This document shows, one piece after another, positions 8,468-17,718 of a DNA stretch of 42,968 nucleotides. Numbering within the stretch: position 1 is the first letter of the stretch; every line of letters starts with the position of its first letter. Source of the DNA: a virus. Both the position numbers and the translations under genes were made by a program. The stretch covers positions 1 to 42,968 of the IMG/VR virus record IMGVR_UViG_3300047163_000028, one strand, 5' to 3'. The notes under the pieces are model-generated. The model ran no database searches. It saw nothing but the letters and a program-made list of their open reading frames with translations, and had not been told where the DNA came from.

Positions 8468-9195
8468 GGATGATAACTCCTGTATTTATAAAAGAATCCA
8501 GAGGTGCCAATTTCAACAAAATAAAAGTTAGTAGCGTCCATCGCCATTCCTAGGTAAGAAGCTACTTCCGCCCCAGTTATAGATAATGCCCAGCCGGTAC
8601 TCGATAAATTATATCTTGATCCTGTAAAGTTCCACATATTAACATCAGGCACATAGCCAAAGTTATGAGGAACTGTAACAATAGTAGTTGAACCAAAGGT
8701 TAAAAATGATCCTTCTTGCACTATTTGCCTATAGCCAGCTGCATCTTTCTGAGAGTCTGTGGAACTATATGCCACTGGGTTAGACCCAAGCGTTGGAAGT
8801 GCTCCTAGTATTGGTGGTGGATTATCAGCTAACCCAATAATTCTTACTATAATCGGTATAGTACCTCCTCCCCCGACTGTAGCTGTTACTTGGAAGGTGG
8901 CAGATAATACTGCCACACCACTTGATATGAAACATTGGGTAGTTGTGTTAATCACGCTACTAAAAGAAGTTGAGGGCGCAGCTCCCTGTACGGCTCCTAA
9001 ATCATTCCAGGTTAAACCGCCATCGTAAGAAAATATCCCAATAGGACGTATCAAAGAAGTTATAGCGGTAGTAAAGGGAATTGAAACTGTAGCATTTACT
9101 GAGTTAGTAATATTAATAGTCTGCGTATTAGCATATACCACTTGGTCTATAGTGTTACCACTGTAAAAACTGGTTTTAGTAGGATCAGCGCCCAT
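8464..9195 (-). CDS. Hypothetical tail-module protein
   Basis: 243-aa ORF. Its start overlaps the stop of the upstream gene by 1 nt. Confidence 0.6.
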   Translation of the reverse strand: MGADPTKTSFYSGNTIDQVVYANTQTINITNSVNATVSIPFTTAITSLIRPIGIFSYDGGLTWNDLGAVQGAAPSTSFSSVINTTTQCFISSGVAVLSATFQVTATVGGGGTIPIIVRIIGLADNPPPILGALPTLGSNPVAYSSTDSQKDAAGYRQIVQEGSFLTFGSTTIVTVPHNFGYVPDVNMWNFTGSRYNLSSTGWALSITGAEVASYLGMAMDATNFYFVEIGTSGFFYKYRSYHP

Positions 9196-9620
9196 CAGGA
9201 AATCCCGTCTTTTACATCAAAACCTGGCTGCATAAAGGCCATACCGCCAACACCATTTGGTAAAATTCCAATCTCTCCATAATTCTTATGAGTTGTTGGA
9301 TCGTACCAATACATAGTTCCAGTTGCAAAATCCCACATAAATAAGAGCTGAAGATTAGTAGCCTGAGTAACGTCTACACCTGGTAACGACATCTTCATGC
9401 CAAAAGCTCCTCCTGGGAAACCGCCTAATTGATAACCAGAAAGAAATCGTTTAGTTACACCATCAGCTAATACTTGAGTCTTGAGTTGATTATTTAATTG
9501 GCTAATAACACTATTAAGTGTAGAAATAACAGTAGGTAAATCAGCATTTCCGGGTAAGTTTTGCAACGTACCACCCTGCAATGCAAGCCCAGCAACTGAA
9601 GGGTTGTCGTTGGCACCCAT
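9195..9620 (-). CDS. Hypothetical tail-module protein
   Basis: 141-aa ORF, first gene after the reverse-oriented HNH insertion. Confidence 0.6.
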   Translation of the reverse strand: MGANDNPSVAGLALQGGTLQNLPGNADLPTVISTLNSVISQLNNQLKTQVLADGVTKRFLSGYQLGGFPGGAFGMKMSLPGVDVTQATNLQLLFMWDFATGTMYWYDPTTHKNYGEIGILPNGVGGMAFMQPGFDVKDGIS

Positions 9621-9645
9621 TATTGTCGTCCTGTTTGTAAATTGT

Positions 9646-9654
9646 AATATATCA
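9646..9654 (-). promoter_or_regulatory. Extended -10-like box TGATATATT upstream of 9620
   Basis: The reverse strand reads aaaaTGATATATTacaatttacaaacaggacgacaataATG. Confidence 0.35.
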
Positions 9655-9684
9655 TTTTTATTAACTTTCTAGTATTATTATACT

Positions 9685-10236
9685 ATGGAAGTTCGCAAAC
9701 CGACTAAAGAAGAAAAACAAGCATACCACAAAGCCTATCATCGTGAACATGCCGAAAAAATTAGGAAAAGAGCAAATGACTGGTATTACGCTAATAAAGA
9801 ACGTGCTTCAAAAAAAGCCAAAGAATATAGAGAGTTGAAAGGAGACGAACTTAAAGCTAAAAAATTAGCTTATTATAAAACTAATAGAGAAAAAATACGA
9901 GCACAACAAAATGCAAATCATGACCCATTAAAAGCCTATGCCCGTGTTAAGGCTTGGAGAAAAGCTAACCCAGAGAAATATAAAAAACTATATACCCGTG
10001 ATATGAATAAAAGACGAGCACTTAAACTAGCTACTCAAGTTGGCGAAGTTGATTATGAGGCTATAATAACTCGAGATAATGGAGACTGTGGTATCTGTAA
10101 ACTACCGATAGAAGGGAAGTTTGAGTACGACCATATTATCCCTTTGTCTAAAAACGGCCCTCATATCACAGAGAACCTACAGGTAGCGCATCCTAGCTGT
10201 AACCGTAAAAAGTCATCTAAACTTACTATACAATAA
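9685..10236 (+). CDS. HNH endonuclease (free-standing, opposite strand inside the tail module)
   Basis: C-terminal CGICKLPIEGKFEYDHIIPLSKNGPHITENLQVAHPSCNRKK is a textbook HNH motif. The N-terminus is a basic repeat region (YHKAYHREHAEKIRKR...). Confidence 0.85.
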   Translation: MEVRKPTKEEKQAYHKAYHREHAEKIRKRANDWYYANKERASKKAKEYRELKGDELKAKKLAYYKTNREKIRAQQNANHDPLKAYARVKAWRKANPEKYKKLYTRDMNKRRALKLATQVGEVDYEAIITRDNGDCGICKLPIEGKFEYDHIIPLSKNGPHITENLQVAHPSCNRKKSSKLTIQ

Positions 10237-10241
10237 ATTTG

Positions 10242-12251
10242 TCACTTTTGCCTACCTATTTTATAGATGGATATATATCCATATAATTCTACTGGAGTTT
10301 CTACTCCTTTTCTTTCAAACCTATATTGAATATGTTTACCACGGCCAGACATTCCAGCTAATCCATCAACTTGTCCAACTTTGCCATACTTAGAACCATC
10401 ACCCCATACAAAAGCACCCCATTTAGCACCCCCTCCTGCGACAATATACTCACGCATATCGGGGTTATTGGCAAAATCTTGGTCTTTACCGACAAGCATA
10501 GTGTAATCAGCGTTGACGGTCCTTATAATGGGTCTGAAACGCTTTATTCGTTTCTTGGCTGAACCACCGCCATAAGTTTGCCCATTACGTCGTCTGTAGG
10601 CATAGGTCTTATAGTTCGTCCAATATTTCCAGTCAATAGCTTTACCAAGATCTGAATACTGAGTTTCTCCGAAATAGACTTGTCCAACTAAAGAACTAAA
10701 CTCAACAAGTTGCTGTTGATCAAGATACAAATATGTAGCGCCTATAACTGGGTGGCCTGTATCCATGAACCATTGTTTAAGAGTTAAGTCAAATAAAAGC
10801 ATCTGGTTATTGAATGTACTAGGAGTTTTAGGGTAGTAAACTCTAATCTGGTTTTTATAAACATTAATGCGTATTTTACTTTTGTCTGTAACAGCTGAAA
10901 GTTCAGGTTGCATCTTATCAGACAATAATGTGTCAGAAGCACCGTTCCACATATAAAGGTTGCCATCATCAGCTATAAAGTAAACTCCGTTGTGGTCTGC
11001 ACAAATAGCTTCTTGGCTAACAGCCCCTTTGGTGCCAACAGCTTCTTTTCTAGTAAATGTGGATATGTCGGAACCAGATATAACGTGTTTAGTAGTATGG
11101 GTGAAAATGGTGAGTTTGTCTTGAAACACTACCCAGCCCGTCATATGATCAGGGGACTTAGGGGTAGGTACATAGAAAAAGTTTGTTGATGTGTAACTAG
11201 TAAAATTAGACAGATCAGAGAAATCAACCCTTGTAACATCTGTCATAAAGAACAAACGGTTTTGCCATGAAATAACATTAGTGGGAGCATTAATGGCCGG
11301 GACTCCTGGAATATTAACTGGCGTTGGAACAGTATTAAAATCAGTCCATCTAGCAGGATTTACACCATTTACCCATATACTAAAATCATTCACCTGAGTA
11401 AATCTTACATACGGTGCACTACTTGTTAAACTACTATCTACTGCAGTAGGCGTAGGAGAAGTCAAAGAAGTGGAATAAACAGAACCTAACTGAGCAAATA
11501 AAATTAAATTGTTTGTGTTACTTGAAGGATAGCGCAAACCATAACCTTTAACACCACCTGCGGTAGAAAGATATGTTTTATATCTAGCACTATAACCTAA
11601 TGGTGTACTTGAGGTTAACACATTGTTAGTGAAAACTACCTGTAAGGCACCAGAGGCGGCAGTTTTATGAAGATTATATGGACCAGTACCATTATCTTGG
11701 ACATACGCCACCCACCAGTATTGAGTACCACTAACTAAACTAGGAGCATCTATAAAGCGAGTGGTTAAGTAAGCGTAAGAAGAAGATATGGTATTGGAAT
11801 AAATAGAACTCTCAGCAAGTAACGTGCCGGGTTTGCCCCCTGTATCTGTGTAAACCTGAACTAAAACATGCCCTGTGGCTCCTGCCACCTTTTCTATCTC
11901 AATATCTAAACGACCCAATACCCCATTGGCGTTAGGAGTAAAGGGTTGAGCAAATACCACTGTGTTTGTAATGGGAATATCGCCAGTTGCCGTAGCAACA
12001 TTCTGAACATTTAAAGTTTCACCCACAGGATTAGACAAAACACTGGCACCCATTCTGGTTCGGTTAGCTACTCTTGAATCACCCGTATTACGAGCATACA
12101 TACGAGAATTTATAGTGAAAGGGGTTTCACCGGCCGACATAATTTCATCAGGATCACGTAAGTTAAGACCAGCTAGAGAATAGTTCTCGTCTACAGCTGG
12201 GTTAGCGAAAGGAGCATTGGGTCGATGGGGAGCAGTAAAAGCTGAGTTCAT
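10242..12251 (-). CDS. Large tail structural protein, function unassigned
   Basis: 669-aa ORF, co-oriented, beta-rich with many W/Y/G residues. No motif recognised with confidence. Confidence 0.6.
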   Translation of the reverse strand: MNSAFTAPHRPNAPFANPAVDENYSLAGLNLRDPDEIMSAGETPFTINSRMYARNTGDSRVANRTRMGASVLSNPVGETLNVQNVATATGDIPITNTVVFAQPFTPNANGVLGRLDIEIEKVAGATGHVLVQVYTDTGGKPGTLLAESSIYSNTISSSYAYLTTRFIDAPSLVSGTQYWWVAYVQDNGTGPYNLHKTAASGALQVVFTNNVLTSSTPLGYSARYKTYLSTAGGVKGYGLRYPSSNTNNLILFAQLGSVYSTSLTSPTPTAVDSSLTSSAPYVRFTQVNDFSIWVNGVNPARWTDFNTVPTPVNIPGVPAINAPTNVISWQNRLFFMTDVTRVDFSDLSNFTSYTSTNFFYVPTPKSPDHMTGWVVFQDKLTIFTHTTKHVISGSDISTFTRKEAVGTKGAVSQEAICADHNGVYFIADDGNLYMWNGASDTLLSDKMQPELSAVTDKSKIRINVYKNQIRVYYPKTPSTFNNQMLLFDLTLKQWFMDTGHPVIGATYLYLDQQQLVEFSSLVGQVYFGETQYSDLGKAIDWKYWTNYKTYAYRRRNGQTYGGGSAKKRIKRFRPIIRTVNADYTMLVGKDQDFANNPDMREYIVAGGGAKWGAFVWGDGSKYGKVGQVDGLAGMSGRGKHIQYRFERKGVETPVELYGYISIYKIGRQK

Positions 12252-12254
12252 CTG

Positions 12255-12917
12255 CTATGCCTCCCATGGGCTTGATCTAATACCACCCTTACGTCTATTA
12301 CTTCGCATTATAACTGGGCCAGTTTTAAACTGTCCACGGGCCTCCTGGGCGATAAAAGCAGTTGTTAGTGGTACTAAGTTAGCTAATTCCTGTTGAGCCT
12401 CTGGGTAGTCTTCATTTGTCTGCATACAACGCTCTAGAGCGCCTACTACAACTAGTTCTTGATATTGGTCTGGAAGTTCACATGTATCTGTGGTATTAAC
12501 CATAATATTTGGAACACGTAAGTAATCTATGGCTATTTGGGTGTCAGCTAATAACGGGGCAGAAAATCTCATCTGATTATTAAAATCAGTCCAATTACTC
12601 AGGTAAGCTGGCGTGTAAGTTTGCCAACCGGGCCATGCTTTCATAAAATCAGCCTGTTCCATATGATAGTCTTTAATTGAATATATCTGAGGGCTTACAA
12701 CATTAAGATCTATTAATGTTTGGAAATCATCAGGCATATCTACGGTAGTATCATTAGCGGAAGGATATAAAGTATCAGTTGCTTCCATCATTCTGGTTGC
12801 AGTATTAAAGAATAACTGATTAACAAACCAGTTAGCAGCATCTGTTATTTGGGTTGAATCAAATGAAGTATCGCCTAACTTGCCTCGAACCTTATCTATA
12901 ATATTTTGCAACGTCAC
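12255..12917 (-). CDS. Hypothetical protein, possible head-tail adaptor
   Basis: 220-aa ORF. The N-terminus LQNIIDKVRGKLGDTSFDSTQITDAANW resembles adaptor or neck proteins I recall. This is weak evidence. Confidence 0.5.
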   Translation of the reverse strand: MTLQNIIDKVRGKLGDTSFDSTQITDAANWFVNQLFFNTATRMMEATDTLYPSANDTTVDMPDDFQTLIDLNVVSPQIYSIKDYHMEQADFMKAWPGWQTYTPAYLSNWTDFNNQMRFSAPLLADTQIAIDYLRVPNIMVNTTDTCELPDQYQELVVVGALERCMQTNEDYPEAQQELANLVPLTTAFIAQEARGQFKTGPVIMRSNRRKGGIRSSPWEA

Positions 12918-12919
12918 AA

Positions 12920-13243
12920 TTAGCCGCCAATCTTTCTAGCTTTTAGCAATAGTTGGCCATAAAGAATTTCAAAAGTGGCATCTAGGTAGGTAACTACAAT
13001 ATCACCTTTATAAGAACCAGGAGTAGCCAAATCACCTGTCTGAGGCTGCCAACCGATAATACCGCTCCCAGCATTAATAATAGTGCAGGTTTCATGGCCC
13101 GTGTTGACTTTATTAGAACCTTTGTAAAGATTAAGAGTGACTGTGGTATTAGTTAAAACAACTATACTACCATCATCCCTCGTACAAGTTATCTGATACT
13201 GAGGAGCTGTATTACTTTGTACTACTTTTAATGTTGTTGACAT
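12920..13243 (-). CDS. Small beta-rich tail-module protein (Ig-like guess)
   Basis: 107-aa ORF with a TAATG 1-nt overlap with the upstream 940-aa gene. Confidence 0.6.
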   Translation of the reverse strand: MSTTLKVVQSNTAPQYQITCTRDDGSIVVLTNTTVTLNLYKGSNKVNTGHETCTIINAGSGIIGWQPQTGDLATPGSYKGDIVVTYLDATFEILYGQLLLKARKIGG

Positions 13244-16065
13244 TATAGATTTACCGTTTTATTTCCGCTACTAATATTGGTGTTTTTGCTTGTACTCGCT
13301 ACTGTGTCAGTTTTGACACTTGTACTTACATTATCTAGTTTAACACCACTAGCGACATTTGTAACCTTGTTACTCGTTGACTCTGTAACTGTTTTTAATC
13401 CAGTAGAAACAACAGCCTTGATATTAACAAATAATGGATTAATGTATTTTTTAATTAATGTTCCAGCAAAAGATAAGTTACTACTAAATACTGCATACAT
13501 TTTTTTCATTATCATTCCAGTAAATGTTAGGTTAGCATTTACCGATTTATTATCACTTTTCTTGAAGACACCTATAAAACTAAGGCCACCAGTGAAACTA
13601 ACACCATTGATATGAGATTTTGTAAATGTTCCAATAAAACTAAGACTGCCAGTGAGTTTTCTATTAATTGTTTTAAACAAATTACCTGTAGGTTGAAGAA
13701 TAGCCGTTAAGACATGTTCGGTGATTCTAGTGATAACCCCTACAAACGTAAGCGAAGCAGATAAGTATTTAAGTGGTGTTTTAACAAATGCACCAGTAAA
13801 TGATAGAGAACCAGTGAGAGTTTTAAGATGTTGATGATTGGTTACAAAAGTTCCAACAAATGTTGAAGCCCCTGTTAGTTTACGAGACATCCCCTTAACT
13901 ATATTCCCGGCAAAGACAAGAGAAGCTGACAAAGGGATTAAAGTAGTTTTGTTAATGTTACCGACAAAGCTAAGCCCAGCAGCCAATGATTTCAGATTAA
14001 GTGTCCCAGAGCTCTTAACGGTAGCTATAGATCCAACGAATGTAAGAGCTGCTGTAAAGGTTCTAGCAGTTGACTTAGGTAAACTACCAACAAATGATAA
14101 AGAAGCCGTTAACGAGCGTTTAATAACCCTAAGAATAGTTCCTGTAAATGAAAGTGAAGCGGTTAATGGAAACTTAATAAGTTTAGATATATTACCACTA
14201 AAACTTAAACTTGCAGTCAAAGTAGTGAAATGTTGATGGAATGCGCTTAATAAGCCACTAAACGAGAGAGAGCCGCTTAAAGTTCTAAACACTGATCGGC
14301 TAAGTACACCCGTGAAACCCAGAGTGGCAATCAATCCTTTCTCCAATTGTTTTAGCAACGAGCCGCTTAAAGTTAGTCCAGCAGTAAAGATCTTGCCAGG
14401 CAATTTTATAATTAACCCAGTGAATGTAAGAACACCTGGCAGTAACCTTGATGGCGATTTAATTAACGAGCCCACAAAGGTTAAGGATGGGGTAAAAGAT
14501 CTACTAATAAGTCTGGACATACTGCCCACAAAGTTTAGAGTAGCTGTTAACGGATAACTAGTTGTTTTACTCATAACACCCACAAAACTGAGTCCTGCGT
14601 TGAGAGATTGTGTATACATAGTCCCAGAAGTGTTATGTATATAAGTTAGCAAACCACTGAATGTAAGAGATGCAGTTAGAGAATGAGCCACTGATCTAAT
14701 AAAATTGCCTGCAAACGCAAGACTTGCTGGTAACATTCTACTAGGTGTTTTAGTAAATGCACCTGTACTAGAAATACCCGCAGAAAAACTTTGTTTATGA
14801 GGAATAACCGTATCAGATATTGCAAGAAGAAGGCTCACTCCTGTAAAGGTTGTCCCTGACGTAAAAGTGCCAGCATAAGTTCCTGTTGCAGCTACTACTT
14901 GGTCTTCTGTATAACTATCTAGAAAACCTGCGTTGGTATTAAGGTGGCCATAACCAGTGCCAGCAACAAAAGTCCCAGTGTTCCGGCCACCTGCTGCTGC
15001 AATTAATATATCATTAGTATTAGCTGTAACACCTGAACCCGAAGTAACAGAAGTAACAGCAGCCTGGAATTGACTGACAGCTACATCTATAGCTGAAGAT
15101 GTAGCTACGCCAGACAACTCAAGTACATGTAAATTCATCACTATGCTAACTGAGTTAGTCACCGTAATAGTATCTGCTCCCCCAGTGCCACCATATGCTA
15201 TCCAGACAGAATAACCAACTGCGTCTGTAATATTGCTACCATTAATTATGGGCACGTAAGTATTGCCAAGGCTGTCACTTACTGTCATAGTCCCAAAGGA
15301 TGTTGAATATTGTTGAAAAACTATAACAACGATAGCATTACTAGTCGCTTTATTATTTGGCAAAGCAGTAGCAACTGTAGTAGCACCTGAAGCGTTTGAG
15401 GCAAAAGTTCTTTGCACAACAGCAAGCTTTGGTGATAAAACAGCCTGAATAGCTTCAAATGCCTTAGACGTAGTCCAACTAAAGTTCATTGAATAACCTT
15501 GAGCGTTAGACTGAACGTAAGCATTGCCAAACGTAGAAAGAGTTGAAGGTGTGTTATAACCTACAGTCCAAAAAGTAGGCTGAGTGATTGTGCCCATTGT
15601 ACTTGTTGCACCAACCCCACCCATGAACATATCACCAGGGTTGTAAGTGGAAATGGCAGGGATAGCAGAACTACTTGTTGTTGCAGTAGATGAAAGACTC
15701 GACATAGCCTCAAACATATCTGAGTAAGTAGAAGCGTTAGGTATATTACTATATTCAAATATGTCTATGGCTAAAGATGCACCAGATAGAGTTGCAGTTG
15801 CGGTTTTAGATTGAGAAGCACCTGCAACTAGAAGATACAAGTAGAGCATTGAGCCAGTAGTTCTGGGTTGACTAATAATTAATTGGAAAGAGTTGCCGTT
15901 GCCATCTTTTACAGAGGTTAAAGCTGTACCATTAGTAACATTCTGAACCCAAGCAACGATTGCGTTGCCTTGGACTGGTGTAGCACCAGTAAAAGTAGCT
16001 GATTGAGCACTAGTCGCATAAGCTCCACCAGTAGCTTTTTGGACGAATCCTACGATATTAGACAT
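13243..16065 (-). CDS. Fibre/spike-like protein: two related N-terminal ~200-aa domains followed by about 24 tandem ~18-aa repeats
   Basis: 940-aa ORF. Repeats of the type SLTASLSFVGSLPKSTAR / PLTASLSFTGTILRVIKR span residues about 425-876. Confidence 0.7.
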   Translation of the reverse strand: MSNIVGFVQKATGGAYATSAQSATFTGATPVQGNAIVAWVQNVTNGTALTSVKDGNGNSFQLIISQPRTTGSMLYLYLLVAGASQSKTATATLSGASLAIDIFEYSNIPNASTYSDMFEAMSSLSSTATTSSSAIPAISTYNPGDMFMGGVGATSTMGTITQPTFWTVGYNTPSTLSTFGNAYVQSNAQGYSMNFSWTTSKAFEAIQAVLSPKLAVVQRTFASNASGATTVATALPNNKATSNAIVVIVFQQYSTSFGTMTVSDSLGNTYVPIINGSNITDAVGYSVWIAYGGTGGADTITVTNSVSIVMNLHVLELSGVATSSAIDVAVSQFQAAVTSVTSGSGVTANTNDILIAAAGGRNTGTFVAGTGYGHLNTNAGFLDSYTEDQVVAATGTYAGTFTSGTTFTGVSLLLAISDTVIPHKQSFSAGISSTGAFTKTPSRMLPASLAFAGNFIRSVAHSLTASLTFSGLLTYIHNTSGTMYTQSLNAGLSFVGVMSKTTSYPLTATLNFVGSMSRLISRSFTPSLTFVGSLIKSPSRLLPGVLTFTGLIIKLPGKIFTAGLTLSGSLLKQLEKGLIATLGFTGVLSRSVFRTLSGSLSFSGLLSAFHQHFTTLTASLSFSGNISKLIKFPLTASLSFTGTILRVIKRSLTASLSFVGSLPKSTARTFTAALTFVGSIATVKSSGTLNLKSLAAGLSFVGNINKTTLIPLSASLVFAGNIVKGMSRKLTGASTFVGTFVTNHQHLKTLTGSLSFTGAFVKTPLKYLSASLTFVGVITRITEHVLTAILQPTGNLFKTINRKLTGSLSFIGTFTKSHINGVSFTGGLSFIGVFKKSDNKSVNANLTFTGMIMKKMYAVFSSNLSFAGTLIKKYINPLFVNIKAVVSTGLKTVTESTSNKVTNVASGVKLDNVSTSVKTDTVASTSKNTNISSGNKTVNL
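13438..14793 (-). repeat. Coding tandem repeat region (about 24 units of 18-24 codons), degenerate at nucleotide level
   Basis: Units counted by eye from the translation. Consensus is x-L-T-A-S-L-S/T-F-x-G-x-L/I-x-K-x-x-x-R. Confidence 0.75.
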
Positions 16066-16087
16066 GAGAGGTTATCTCCTCTCTGGC

Positions 16088-16999
16088 TTAACCGCCTGAA
16101 GTTACAGTAAGTTGATACGTAAACTGGATTGAGTCACCGTTCACTACGTTGATAGCTGAAAATACTTTGTGATCCCACATAACTGGTACGATTGTAAATG
16201 TTTCAGTATTACCAGGAGTAGAACCAGCTGTACCGTCAGCAACTTTATACCAAGCTGGAATAGTACCAATGTGAGTAGTATTAGAAGTGTTAAGACCCCA
16301 TACCGTAGTAGTACCAGGTACAACAATCTTCTGTTGTAGACCTTGAACTGTTGAACTTGAAGCTGTTTGAGCTGAGCCTGTGTCACTCCATGTAGTAGCA
16401 GATGCAGCAGTAAATGGTGAGCCAGTAGTTGAACTTAAAGTTCCTCCACAGAACAAACCCCATTCTGTAACGGCTTCTGTGCCTGTGTAAGCGATAGTAG
16501 CCACAGTTTGGTACTTTTGGCTATTTGCAGCTGAAATTGTACTCTGAGTACCAGCTACGGGTGTCTGACCACCATTAGTAGATATGGTTTGTAGGTTTAT
16601 ATCAGTTGCAGCTGCTGCGGTAGCTCCTTTACCTGAAGCGTGATAATTAGCAAGTTTAAGAGTATTTATTGGAGCTCCTGATGGGCCAGCTAGGTTCCAG
16701 TCATTTGCCATTGCAAGTACACCAACATTAGTAACAAGTCCAGAACCTAAATCGAGTTCTGTTTTGTTTCGGTATAGTAATTTATAGAAGTTTCTTTTAA
16801 TGAGGTTCTCTTTATTGCCAAAATATTCAGTAACTTTCTTTTCGTTACCGTCTTTGTCAAGAACTTTAACCATAAGTTTAGTTTCATAAGCATTGTCACC
16901 AGTAACTAGTCTAGCTCTAGTAGCTGCGCCATGACGGTCTGAAGCAAATCCAAATCCAAAACTTTTACCTATTAAGGGTATTCTAATAATTTTACCCAT
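16088..16999 (-). CDS. Hypothetical virion structural protein
   Basis: ORF track 16088..17053. Start moved to the ATG at 16999 (MGKIIRIPL), which has AGGAGA 8 nt upstream. It overlaps the upstream ORF by 8 nt. Confidence 0.6.
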   Translation of the reverse strand: MGKIIRIPLIGKSFGFGFASDRHGAATRARLVTGDNAYETKLMVKVLDKDGNEKKVTEYFGNKENLIKRNFYKLLYRNKTELDLGSGLVTNVGVLAMANDWNLAGPSGAPINTLKLANYHASGKGATAAAATDINLQTISTNGGQTPVAGTQSTISAANSQKYQTVATIAYTGTEAVTEWGLFCGGTLSSTTGSPFTAASATTWSDTGSAQTASSSTVQGLQQKIVVPGTTTVWGLNTSNTTHIGTIPAWYKVADGTAGSTPGNTETFTIVPVMWDHKVFSAINVVNGDSIQFTYQLTVTSGG

Positions 17000-17210
17000 T
17001 CTGAGTATCTCCTTGTGTATTATCACTTTGTATATTATCAGTAACTTCTTCAACAGTTACATCCACAAGGCCAGGATAGTTAGATAAAACTACAGGAGGC
17101 TGAAACTGCGTAGTTATACTGACTGATTCACCAGCAGCAATAGTACCTATACCAATGACGCTCATGTCTTGGTCGCTTGTATTCTGGTATTTTTTTGTTG
17201 TTTGTTCCAT
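16992..17210 (-). CDS. Hypothetical small protein
   Basis: 72-aa ORF, co-oriented, tightly packed. Confidence 0.5.
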   Translation of the reverse strand: MEQTTKKYQNTSDQDMSVIGIGTIAAGESVSITTQFQPPVVLSNYPGLVDVTVEEVTDNIQSDNTQGDTQNG

Positions 17211-17228
17211 GTTATTTTTCCTATCTAG

Positions 17229-17237
17229 ATAATATCA
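17229..17237 (-). promoter_or_regulatory. Extended -10-like box TGATATTAT upstream of 17210
   Basis: The reverse strand reads tataTGATATTATctagataggaaaaataacATG. Confidence 0.35.
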
Positions 17238-17241
17238 TATA

Positions 17242-17616
17242 TTAATCAGTTAATGAAGCACCCACTGAGAACGTAGAAGCAGCAACTGCTACTGCAACAG
17301 ATACTCGGATAGTTTTAGGCAAATAATCTTGAGCGATAGCATTAGCTGAGGCAGCTATAGTTGGACCTACTTTGAGTCTAGTTGTAGCGTTAGAAGCCAA
17401 CGCAGAACTAGCCAGTATAGTATAGTATTTCCCTGACGTTGTATCTTTACCTTGAATTGTACAAGTCACAGTGCCAGATGCGCCAATAGCAGTAATGTCA
17501 ATTATGACATTTAAGAATTGGCAACCTGATGTGTCAATATCATTACTGACGGCAGTAGCTATACCATATGAAGCTGATGGTAAAAGGGGAGTATCTTGGG
17601 CTTGTACTGCTGACAT
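17242..17616 (-). CDS. Hypothetical beta-rich structural protein
   Basis: 124-aa ORF, first gene after the terminator and promoter pair at 17647-17696. Confidence 0.6.
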   Translation of the reverse strand: MSAVQAQDTPLLPSASYGIATAVSNDIDTSGCQFLNVIIDITAIGASGTVTCTIQGKDTTSGKYYTILASSALASNATTRLKVGPTIAASANAIAQDYLPKTIRVSVAVAVAASTFSVGASLTD

Positions 17617-17646
17617 ATTTTTGTTTCTTTCTTAATTAACTATCTC

Positions 17647-17655
17647 ATTATATCA
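17647..17655 (-). promoter_or_regulatory. Extended -10 box TGATATAAT upstream of 17616
   Basis: The reverse strand reads ttagTGATATAATgagatagttaattaagaaagaaacaaaaatATG. Confidence 0.45.
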
Positions 17656-17670
17656 CTAAAGTATTTAATA

Positions 17671-17696
17671 CAAACAAAAAAGCACCCGAAGGTGCT
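17671..17696 (-). terminator. Rho-independent terminator after the capsid gene block
   Basis: The reverse strand reads AGCACCttcgGGTGCT followed by TTTTTGTTTG, 22 nt downstream of the stop of 17719..18135. Confidence 0.7.
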
Positions 17697-17718
17697 AATT
17701 TGTAGGATAGAAGGGGTA

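Noticed and set aside
2678-9028. Forward ORFs 2678..2884, 3642..3851, 4505..4798, 5831..6031, 6230..6466 and 8759..9028
   Set aside because: All lie antisense inside long, well-supported reverse-strand structural genes. They are typical shadow ORFs and lack RBSs.
10371-11189. ORFs 10371..10562 (+), 10784..10969 (-) and 10992..11189 (+)
   Set aside because: They are embedded in the 669-aa gene 10242..12251, either antisense or in an alternative frame. Their composition is not protein-like.
13277-14557. Three long forward ORFs (112, 132 and 81 aa) opposite the fibre gene
   Set aside because: They are antisense products of the periodic 18-codon repeat region, whose regular codon pattern suppresses stops on the opposite strand. 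Their own sequences are periodic mirror images of the repeat.
13438-14793. Possible CRISPR-like or DGR variable-repeat array, given the regular ~54-nt periodicity
   Set aside because: The repeats are in-frame coding units, degenerate at the nucleotide level and without unique spacers. No cas genes, reverse transcriptase or template repeat are present in the genome.
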